Source: an uncultured Methanosarcinales archaeon | GTDB taxonomy: Archaea; Nanobdellota; Nanobdellia; Woesearchaeales; DSVV01 | DNA length: 49,450 nucleotides | Direction of reading: 5' to 3' | Assembly (NCBI GenBank): GCA_964593285.1 | Contig: CAZQHZ010000010.1 | Location: forward strand, 1 to 49,450 | Shown: positions 19,530 to 28,186 of the stretch, one piece after another | How positions within the stretch are numbered: the first letter of the stretch is position 1 | Layout: every line of letters begins with the position of its first letter | Position numbers and translations under genes: made by a program | The notes under the pieces: generated by a model | Databases searched by the model: none | Told to the model about the DNA's origin: nothing | Seen by the model: the letters and a program-made list of their open reading frames with translations, nothing else

Positions 19530-20561
19530 TTGAAAGTTGCATTTTTTGAATCAAACAAATGGGAAGTTAAAATATCAAAAAAAAATTATCAAAAATATTT
19601 AAAGAATAATTTAGAAAAACATAAATTAATTTTTTTTAATGAAAGTATAGAAAAAGAAGTAAAAAGCAAAAATAAAGAAATTGAAGCAATTGTTGTTTTT
19701 TATTCATCTAAAATAGATAAAAATATAATTGATAATTTACCTAATTTAAAACTAATAACAACAATGTCAACAGGTTTTGATCATATAGATGTAAATTATT
19801 GTAATCAAAAAAAAATTAAAATTTGCAATATTCCAAAATATGGGTCAAATGTTGTTGCTGAACACACTTTTGCATTAATTCTTTCATTATCAAGAAAAAT
19901 ATATGATTCAATTAAAAGAACTAGAGAAAACCATTCTTTTAAAAGTGATGAAAGATTAATGGGTTTTGAATTAAAAGGAAAAATATTAGGCTTAATTGGT
20001 TATGGTAGTATTGGACAGAATGTATCAAAAATAGCAAATGGTTTTGGAATGAAAACTATTGTTTATGATATTAAAAAAAATGAAAAATTAGCAGAAAAAA
20101 ATAATATCAAATATGTTAGTTTCGAAGAATTAATAAAAAAATCAGATATTATATCTTTGCATGCACCATATAATGAATCAACACACCATATTTTAAATAC
20201 AAGTATTTTTGAAAAAATGAAAAAGGGAGTTTATATTATAAATACTGCAAGAGGTGGTTTAATTGATACTTTTGCTTTAGTTTCTGCAATCAAAAATAAA
20301 ATTGTAAAAGGTGCAGCATTAGATGTTTTAGAGGAAGAATCAGATTTTAAAGAAGAAATAGAAATATTAGATAAAATTGAATTATGCAACGAAAAATGTA
20401 GAATTTTACTTGAAGATTTAATTTTAATGAAAATGGATAATGTAATAATAACACCGCATAATGCATATAATTCAGTTGAATCTAAGGAAAGAATATTAAA
20501 TACAACAATTGAAAATATAAATTCATTTAATAAAAATAAAATAAAAAATTGTATTAATTAA
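19530..20561 (+). CDS. D-2-hydroxyacid (D-lactate-like) dehydrogenase
   Basis: STGFDHID, VAEH, GYGSIG, SLHAP, INTARG, LDVLEEE, TPHNA; TTG start. Confidence 0.88.
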   Translation: MKVAFFESNKWEVKISKKNYQKYLKNNLEKHKLIFFNESIEKEVKSKNKEIEAIVVFYSSKIDKNIIDNLPNLKLITTMSTGFDHIDVNYCNQKKIKICNIPKYGSNVVAEHTFALILSLSRKIYDSIKRTRENHSFKSDERLMGFELKGKILGLIGYGSIGQNVSKIANGFGMKTIVYDIKKNEKLAEKNNIKYVSFEELIKKSDIISLHAPYNESTHHILNTSIFEKMKKGVYIINTARGGLIDTFALVSAIKNKIVKGAALDVLEEESDFKEEIEILDKIELCNEKCRILLEDLILMKMDNVIITPHNAYNSVESKERILNTTIENINSFNKNKIKNCIN

Positions 20562-20771
20562 AAATAAACTATAAAATAATTTTAAAAAATATTTTTATAA
20601 TTTTTTATTCTATAAAGATTATATTCTTAATTCTAATTAATTAAAATAATAAAAATATATTTTTTTAATTTTAAAAATATATTTATTTAAATTATGTTAA
20701 AAGCAAATTTAAACACATAATCGTAAAAAAATACAAACATTTAAATATAAGTTGTTATTTGTATACACTTA

Positions 20772-21980
20772 ATGGTGGTAAAAAAATTAACTTCAATATT
20801 TTTAACAAGTTTATTAACTGCTTATTTAGGTTTAAATCTATATAAAAATAATGTTGACTTTGATAATACTAAAACTACCAGTAACAATTCTATTAAAATG
20901 GAAATTTTAAAAGATAATTACCATCATTTTAATAAAATTATAAAAAATCCAAATTGTAATCATTTAAAATCTAGTGAATTAGAATCAATCTTAAGTAAAA
21001 ATATTGATGATGGTTTGTATATCAATATCACAAGTGTTGATAAACTAGATAATCTACAAAAACAAAAAGACGCAATAAATGAATTGGATATTAATACAGT
21101 AATTCATTATGATGGCTTATTGTATAAACATTTATCAGGTCCTTTTACTTCTATAGATCAGGCAAGAGAATCTGCAAAAAATATATTATCAAATGATTAT
21201 TTTAAGAAAACAGTCAAAGATTTAGAGCTTGGAATTGTAAATGTAAATGGTGGAAATTACAAATGGATTGATATTGTAAAAGGAAATATTGAAAATAAAC
21301 TTGATTTTTTTTCTAATTATAATTATATGGTAAATAAGCTTGAACAAAAAGGCTATCCATTAGAAGATACATTAGAAATTATAAAAAATAATGTTGATAA
21401 ATATAATAATGAAGTTAAGGAAGGCCATAGAAAAACACCAAAAGTTGAATTTAATTTAGCAAGTGCTATTGCATATATTGAATCAACATATGATCCAAGT
21501 TCAGTAGCTCATGGTATAAAAAGGGGAAAAAGAGTAAAACTAGGACAAGGTTTATTTCAATTAACACTTGATACTGCAATTGATATAATAAAAAATGATT
21601 CACTAATTCAAGAAGAATTTTATAATAATGGTTTAATTGATGATAATTTTAAAAAAAATCTTTCAGTATATTTAAGACATGGAAATAAAGGAAATGGAAG
21701 AACTGCATTAAACAAATTAAGAAATGATTTTCAAGAAAATTTATTAGATTCAAATATTAGTTCAAGATTAGGTGTTTGCTACATTGGTAATTTATTAAAT
21801 AAATTTGATGATGATTTGGTAAAGATGGCTGCAGCTTATAATGCAGGTCCTAGGGCAAATATTAAAAATGTTCGTGGTTTATATCATTGGCAAGATCCGA
21901 TTAATCATAGATATCAAGAAACAAGAGATTATGTTGCTAAAGTTTTTGATGTACTTGGGATAGATAAAAAATATAATTAA
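20772..21980 (+). CDS. Exported lytic transglycosylase (SLT/GH23) with a SPOR-like domain
   Basis: N-terminal hydrophobic helix; SPOR-like LYKHLSGPFTSIDQA; SLT motifs AIAYIES, GLFQL, AAAYNAGP, ETRDYV. Confidence 0.85.
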   Translation: MVVKKLTSIFLTSLLTAYLGLNLYKNNVDFDNTKTTSNNSIKMEILKDNYHHFNKIIKNPNCNHLKSSELESILSKNIDDGLYINITSVDKLDNLQKQKDAINELDINTVIHYDGLLYKHLSGPFTSIDQARESAKNILSNDYFKKTVKDLELGIVNVNGGNYKWIDIVKGNIENKLDFFSNYNYMVNKLEQKGYPLEDTLEIIKNNVDKYNNEVKEGHRKTPKVEFNLASAIAYIESTYDPSSVAHGIKRGKRVKLGQGLFQLTLDTAIDIIKNDSLIQEEFYNNGLIDDNFKKNLSVYLRHGNKGNGRTALNKLRNDFQENLLDSNISSRLGVCYIGNLLNKFDDDLVKMAAAYNAGPRANIKNVRGLYHWQDPINHRYQETRDYVAKVFDVLGIDKKYN

Positions 21981-21996
21981 TTTTTAGTATTTATAA

Positions 21997-22656
21997 TTAT
22001 AATAAATCATTTGCATAAACAACTGGTTTAAAAAATTTATTAAAATCATCATAATTAATTCTTGGACATGCTGTATTTATAAAACAGTCAGTAAAATTAA
22101 AATTTTCTAATTGATTAAATTCAATATTATCAAATAATAATATATAATAATTTTTATTAGGGAATTTTTTTTTAATCCTTTCAATAATATCAAGATTATA
22201 TTGCCCATGTTTTATTGAAACAATAATTGAAATATTTTTTGATGAATAAAATTTAGTTAATGCAATCTTTTTTTGTTTTTGAATTTCTTTAATTTTTGAT
22301 TCATCAAGTTTTAATATTTTTTTATTATATAAATTTAAAATAAAGATTGGTAGATTGTTTTTTAATGATAAAGCAATTGGATGAAAATTACCATCTCCAA
22401 TAAATAAAATTCCATCAATATCATATTTTTCATAATTGTTAATAGAACATCCTACTATTTGAGATTTATATTTTTGATTTGTATTAATTAAAATTCCATC
22501 AATACCTTGTTTTTTTAATTCTTCTTTAATTTCATCTAAATAATCAATATATTGTATTGTTGTAAATAATGCAAGCCTTTTTGGTAATATTTTTACATCT
22601 AAATTTTTCAAATTAAATTTTTCATTATATTTTCCTTCAATAAATAAATAATCCAT
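21997..22656 (-). CDS. dph2: Diphthamide synthesis protein Dph2, short form
   Basis: TTIQY, QIVGC, GDGNFH, KHGQ, NTACPRI; 219 aa, lacks the N-terminal domain. Confidence 0.82.
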   Translation of the reverse strand: MDYLFIEGKYNEKFNLKNLDVKILPKRLALFTTIQYIDYLDEIKEELKKQGIDGILINTNQKYKSQIVGCSINNYEKYDIDGILFIGDGNFHPIALSLKNNLPIFILNLYNKKILKLDESKIKEIQKQKKIALTKFYSSKNISIIVSIKHGQYNLDIIERIKKKFPNKNYYILLFDNIEFNQLENFNFTDCFINTACPRINYDDFNKFFKPVVYANDLL

Positions 22657-22723
22657 AATAATTATTAAGAAATTAGTTTTTTATATAAATTTTTAGTTTG
22701 GTATTAAAAATAAATTATAATAA

Positions 22724-25498
22724 TTAAAAATCATCATCTACTCCAAATATATTATATTTTCTATAAAAATATTTTCTTATTTCTTCTGCAAATAGTAATA
22801 TTAATCCAAACATAATCACTAATGGGATATATACTAAATCAAATGGAAGTGTTGCAAACACTTTTTGAAAAAATGGATTTAATGCAATTAATAATACTAA
22901 TATCACTTCTGTAATTAAACCAATTACAATTACTTTATTTGAAAAAAATCCTTTTGTAAATACGCTTTCTCTTGATGTTCTACATGCAAATACATTAAAC
23001 ATTTGACAAATTACAACTGTTGCAAAAAAACCCATAATTGCACTCATGTATAAAGGATCTGTTACACTTATATCTTGGCCAAATTGCCATCCACCTGCAA
23101 ATAATATTTTAAAAAATATAATATATGAAAAAAGAGTCATTAATGGACCAATAAAACCATATGACCTTGCAATCATTTTCCAATTTAATAATTTAGATTT
23201 TGGATTCCTTGGTTTTCTTTTCATTATATCTTTTGAACTTTTTTCAACCCCAAGGCCAATTGCTGGAAGCATATCAGTTCCAAGATCTATTGCTAATATT
23301 AATAATACAGGTAGAGCTAAAGGCCAACCTAAAATTATAAAAACTAAAAACGGAACTATTTGTGGGGTATTACTTGTTAAAATATATGTAATAAAATTTT
23401 TAATATTATCATATACAGTTCTTCCTTCTTTCATCCCTTTTGCAATAGATGCAAAATTATCATCCATTAAAACAATATCTGAAGCTTCCTTTGCAACCTC
23501 AGTTCCAGAAACCCCCATAGCAATTCCTATGTCTGCTTTTTTTAATGCAGGAGCATCATTTACACCATCTCCAGTAACAGCAACAATTTCACCCATTTCT
23601 TTTAATAATGTTACAACCCTTAATTTATCTTTAGGAAGGGTTCTTGCAAAAATAATTTCATCATTTTTTAATAATTCTTTTAATTTATCATCAGAATATT
23701 TTTGCATATCTTCTCCTGTAACAACTATAGTGTTATTTGTTTTTACAATTCCAACTTGTCTTGCAATATTTTCAACAGTAGTTCCTTGATCACCTGAAAC
23801 AACAATTATTTTAACACCTGCTTCATGGCATTGTGCTACTGCTAAAGGAACTTCTTTTCTTGGTGGATCTTGCATTATAACAAGACCATAAAAACAAAAA
23901 TTATTTTTATCTTCTTTTTCAATTTTTTTATGACTTTTAATTTGTTTCATTGCAAGGCCTAAAACCCTAAAACCTTTTTTTGAAAATTCATTATTTTTTT
24001 TAATTAAATCTTTTTTTAATTTAATTGTTAATTTTTTTATTTTACCATCAATAAATATATTTTCACATTTATTTAAAACAATTTCAGGAGCACCTTTTAG
24101 GCTTGCAACATTATTATCTTCAAATATATTAGATGTTATCATATATTTTGTTTCAGAACTAAAAGGAATTTCACCATTTCTTTTATGTATTTTTTCAAAA
24201 TAATTTGAATTTTGAAAACTTGATACAAATTTTTTTAAGCAAATTTCAGTTGAATCACCAAAATATTTTTTTTTGATATTATCATAGTAACTATTATTAC
24301 ATAAAAGCATAATGTTTGTTAAATTATAAAATCCTTTAATATTATTAATACTAACATTTTTTTGTTTTCTTTTAATAGAATTATTAATTCTATCATAATC
24401 ATAAAAATTATTATTTAAGTATATTCCATGAACAAATAAATTATTTTCAGTTAAAGTTCCTGTTTTATCAGAGCAAATTACAGTTAAACTTCCAAAAGTT
24501 TCAATTGCATCAATGTTTCTAACAAAAACATTTTGTTTAGCCATTTTTTTTGCAGCAATTGATAACGTTAATGTGACCGTTGGTAAAAGTCCTTCTGGAA
24601 CATTTGCAACAATAATTCCGATTGCAAAAATTAAACTAATCCATAAAGTGTTTTCTGTTAATATTAGTCCTAAGAAAAAAAAAGAAATACCAAGAAAAAT
24701 TGCAATAAAAGAAATTATTTTGATAAAATAACTTATTTGTAATTGTAAGTGTGAAATTTGTGCTGAAACTAAATTTGTTGTTTTTGCAATTTCACCAATT
24801 TGAGTATTATCACCAGTTGCAACAACAACAGCCTTTGCATGTCCAGATTGAACAAGCGTTCCACTAAATACCATATTTCTTGATAATAAGACATTATCAC
24901 TTGTTGCATTTAAGCTTCTTAATTGTGGTTCACTCTCGCCAGTTAGTGAAGAATGATCAACTTTTAAATCATTTAATTCAATAATTCTTGCATCTGCAGT
25001 AATTTTATCTCCTTCATTTAAATATATTATATCTCCAATAACTAAATCTTCTGAGTCAATTTCATGTTTTGTTCCATCTCTTAATACTTCTACATGAGAA
25101 TTCATTAATTTTTTAAATGAATTCATTGTTTTTTCAGCTTTATAATCTTGAATAAAAGTAAAAATAGCATTTAATATAGTAACCCCTAATAATGCAAACC
25201 CAACATAAATTGAACCTTGACCTGGCATTAAATATTCACTTAAAAAAGAAAGGAATGCTCCAATCAATAATAAATAAGAAAAAAAATTATGAAATTGTAG
25301 TAAGAATTTAATAATTAATGGTTTATCTTTTTTTTCACTTAAAATATTTTTACCATATTTATTTAACCTTTCATGTGCTTCACACGATGATAAGCCATTT
25401 TCTGCTGTGTTTAATTTTTCAAATATTTTTTTAATAGTTTTTTTATGTACATCTTTAATACTATTTTTTGTACTTAAATTATCAAATGCATCCTTCAT
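22724..25498 (-). CDS. Cation-transporting P-type ATPase (type II, Na+/K+- or H+/K+-like)
   Basis: LTGESEP, ANVPEGL, CSDKTGTLT, KGAPE, DPPR, TGDGVND, IDLGTD. Confidence 0.92.
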   Translation of the reverse strand: MKDAFDNLSTKNSIKDVHKKTIKKIFEKLNTAENGLSSCEAHERLNKYGKNILSEKKDKPLIIKFLLQFHNFFSYLLLIGAFLSFLSEYLMPGQGSIYVGFALLGVTILNAIFTFIQDYKAEKTMNSFKKLMNSHVEVLRDGTKHEIDSEDLVIGDIIYLNEGDKITADARIIELNDLKVDHSSLTGESEPQLRSLNATSDNVLLSRNMVFSGTLVQSGHAKAVVVATGDNTQIGEIAKTTNLVSAQISHLQLQISYFIKIISFIAIFLGISFFFLGLILTENTLWISLIFAIGIIVANVPEGLLPTVTLTLSIAAKKMAKQNVFVRNIDAIETFGSLTVICSDKTGTLTENNLFVHGIYLNNNFYDYDRINNSIKRKQKNVSINNIKGFYNLTNIMLLCNNSYYDNIKKKYFGDSTEICLKKFVSSFQNSNYFEKIHKRNGEIPFSSETKYMITSNIFEDNNVASLKGAPEIVLNKCENIFIDGKIKKLTIKLKKDLIKKNNEFSKKGFRVLGLAMKQIKSHKKIEKEDKNNFCFYGLVIMQDPPRKEVPLAVAQCHEAGVKIIVVSGDQGTTVENIARQVGIVKTNNTIVVTGEDMQKYSDDKLKELLKNDEIIFARTLPKDKLRVVTLLKEMGEIVAVTGDGVNDAPALKKADIGIAMGVSGTEVAKEASDIVLMDDNFASIAKGMKEGRTVYDNIKNFITYILTSNTPQIVPFLVFIILGWPLALPVLLILAIDLGTDMLPAIGLGVEKSSKDIMKRKPRNPKSKLLNWKMIARSYGFIGPLMTLFSYIIFFKILFAGGWQFGQDISVTDPLYMSAIMGFFATVVICQMFNVFACRTSRESVFTKGFFSNKVIVIGLITEVILVLLIALNPFFQKVFATLPFDLVYIPLVIMFGLILLFAEEIRKYFYRKYNIFGVDDDF

Positions 25499-25701
25499 TA
25501 AAAATCCCCTAATGTAAGTAATTAAAATTTATATAAGTATCAATAAAAATTCTATTTAAAAACATTTAGTATCACTTTAAAATAATTATTTTTGATATTA
25601 ATTAAAATAATAAAAATATATTTAAATACCTAATTTTATTAAATTGGTAATTGTTATTTAATAAGTATTAAACAATATTAAACAAAAGGAGTGTTTTAAA
25701 A

Positions 25702-27657
25702 GTGTCTGAATTAAAAAAGGTAATTAGTAAAAAAGCAATTTTTATAATTACTGTTAATTCTATAATGGGCACAGGTATTTTTTTTTTACCTGCAATAGGT
25801 GCAGGAATTGCTGGACCTGCTTCAATTTTATCATGGGTATTGCTATCAATTTTATGCATCTATATTTCAATGTGTTTTGCAGAATTAACTGGAATGTTTC
25901 CAACATCTGGTGGTGTTTATGAATTTTGTAGGCAAGCATTTGGTCACTTTTGGAGTTTCATTATTGGTTGGATGACTTTTATTGTTGGAAATATTACGAT
26001 TGCAATGCTTATAGTTGGTGCAATACAATATATTAATCCACATACAATAAATGTTTTTGAATTACAAATTCCTTTTTTAGATGGTGCAGTACTTGGTATT
26101 TCATTTAATATGCTAGTTTGTATCGCATTTATATTAATTTTTAATTATATTGCATATAGAGGAATGCAAACTTCTTCATTTATGCTTGTAACTTTTGGAA
26201 TTATAACTCTTAGTACTTTAATTTTACTTACAATTCCTGGTTTGTTTAAAACAAATCCTGATAATTTTATTCCTTTTTTTCCGTTAGGTTTTCCTGTTAT
26301 TTTTGTTGGAATATTTGTTCTTGCAGAAACTTTTTTTGGATGGGAAACTGCAACTTTTCTTGCTGGAGAAACTAAAGATGGAGCAAATGTTATGCCAAAG
26401 GTTTTAATTTATGGAACAATTGTTATTGCTATTATTTGTATTTTATTTTCAATTTCTGCACTTGGAGTGTTGCCATATGATACATGGGCAAATTCACTAA
26501 CACCCTTGACTGATTTAGCACAAGTTCATTATGGAGATTTGGGTTCAACAATTTTTTCAATAATGGTTTATTTATCAATAATTGGTTCAGTTGCAGGTTG
26601 GGTTGTTTCAGCTCCAAGGCTTATTTTAACGATGGCAGAAGATAAATTATTTATTTCAAGTTTTGCAAAAATACATCCAAAACATAATTCTCCTTATAAT
26701 GCTATAATTTTTCAAACAATCTTAATATCAATTTTAATTGTTATTGCATCTGCAAGCTATGAAATGTTATTAGAATTATTAGTTCCGTTAGTGTTATTAA
26801 CATATAGTGCAGTATTATTAAGTTTAGTAGTTCTTCGTTATACTAAGCCAAATCATAAAAGAACATATAAAGTCCCTTTTGGAAAAATTGGCCCTATTGT
26901 TTGTATTTTTATATTAATGTTTTTAGTTATTTTTTGGGCAATTCATAGTGGTGATGAAGCTTATTCATTGATTAAATTAGGGCTTAGTTTTGTACTAGCT
27001 GGAATTCCATTTTTTATTTTATTAACAATTTATTATAACCCAGACATTTTCATTAAATTAAATAATTTTTTATCTTATTTTAACTTATTATTTGAAAGAA
27101 TTTTAATGCCAAAAAAAATTTTAAATGAAGTAGATGAATTTTTAGAAAATGCAAAAGGTAAAAATATTTTAGAATTTGGGTGCGGTGTTGGAACTTTAAC
27201 TAAAGAAATTGTAAAAAAAATAGGGAAAAAAGGTGGAATTTATGCAGTTGATATGTCTGAATCCGCAGTTAGAATTGCAAGAAATAGACTTACTAAAATT
27301 GGACATGAAAATGTATATTTAATACATGATATTCATCAAATTAATAGAATTCATCATTCAATACCAAAAGTTGATTATATGGTTTCTTTTGGATTACTAG
27401 GTTATATACAAGATATTGAAAAAATTGCAAAAGAAGTAAAAGAAATTCTTCCAGATTCAGGTAGAATTATGTTTATTGATTTTATTGATTTATTTAAAGT
27501 TATTCCAAACGTTAATTGGCTTTCAAATCAAGAAGAATTAGTAAAAATATTTGAAAAACATGGATTTACTTTAAGAATAAAAATAGTTAAATCATTATTT
27601 TGGAATTATTTTATAATTTATGGTATTAAATCTAAAGAAAAAGTACCTTTCATTTAA
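25702..27657 (+). CDS. APC-family amino acid permease fused to a C-terminal class I SAM methyltransferase domain
   Basis: IMGTGIF, FAEL..P.SGG, FFGWE, about 12 TMs; then ILEFGCGVG and AVDMS; GTG start after AGGAG. Confidence 0.85.
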   Translation: MSELKKVISKKAIFIITVNSIMGTGIFFLPAIGAGIAGPASILSWVLLSILCIYISMCFAELTGMFPTSGGVYEFCRQAFGHFWSFIIGWMTFIVGNITIAMLIVGAIQYINPHTINVFELQIPFLDGAVLGISFNMLVCIAFILIFNYIAYRGMQTSSFMLVTFGIITLSTLILLTIPGLFKTNPDNFIPFFPLGFPVIFVGIFVLAETFFGWETATFLAGETKDGANVMPKVLIYGTIVIAIICILFSISALGVLPYDTWANSLTPLTDLAQVHYGDLGSTIFSIMVYLSIIGSVAGWVVSAPRLILTMAEDKLFISSFAKIHPKHNSPYNAIIFQTILISILIVIASASYEMLLELLVPLVLLTYSAVLLSLVVLRYTKPNHKRTYKVPFGKIGPIVCIFILMFLVIFWAIHSGDEAYSLIKLGLSFVLAGIPFFILLTIYYNPDIFIKLNNFLSYFNLLFERILMPKKILNEVDEFLENAKGKNILEFGCGVGTLTKEIVKKIGKKGGIYAVDMSESAVRIARNRLTKIGHENVYLIHDIHQINRIHHSIPKVDYMVSFGLLGYIQDIEKIAKEVKEILPDSGRIMFIDFIDLFKVIPNVNWLSNQEELVKIFEKHGFTLRIKIVKSLFWNYFIIYGIKSKEKVPFI

Positions 27658-27723
27658 TTAAATTTATCTTATTTATTTAATAATAGCAATATTTATTTAC
27701 TAGTATTGTTTATTATATAAAAT

Positions 27724-28176
27724 ATGAAAGAAAAAATTGGTAAAAAGAAAATATTAATTATTGATGATGAGTATGCAATTAGAGAATTAGTTGAATTTAC
27801 TCTAGAAGATGATTATGATATTTTAAAAGCTGAAAATGCAGATTCTGCATTTAAAATAATTTCTTCAAACAAACCAGATTTAATTATTTTAGATATAATG
27901 ATGCCTAGAATTGATGGATATGATGTATGTAAAAAATTAAAAGAAGATAAAAATACTAAAGATATACCTGTAATTATGCTTACTGCAAAACATAGTATGG
28001 ATGATTTAAATAAAGCAATAAAATGTGATGTTGATGAGTTTATAACAAAACCATTTGAGCCAGAACTTTTAAAACAGAGAATTGATTGTTATTTATTAAA
28101 AGAGTGTAATACTAAAAAAAAGTTATTCCATTCAGAAAATGCAATTCATTATATTAAAGAACAAAAAAAATATTAA
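27724..28176 (+). CDS. Response regulator, receiver domain with short tail
   Basis: ILIIDDE, LDIMMP..DG, MLTA, TKPF. Confidence 0.9.
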   Translation: MKEKIGKKKILIIDDEYAIRELVEFTLEDDYDILKAENADSAFKIISSNKPDLIILDIMMPRIDGYDVCKKLKEDKNTKDIPVIMLTAKHSMDDLNKAIKCDVDEFITKPFEPELLKQRIDCYLLKECNTKKKLFHSENAIHYIKEQKKY

Positions 28177-28186
28177 TTTTTAGAAA

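Noticed and set aside
23046..23789. 247-aa antisense ORF inside the P-type ATPase (also 24513..24731)
   Set aside because: Typical antisense open frame of a conserved gene; no independent signals.
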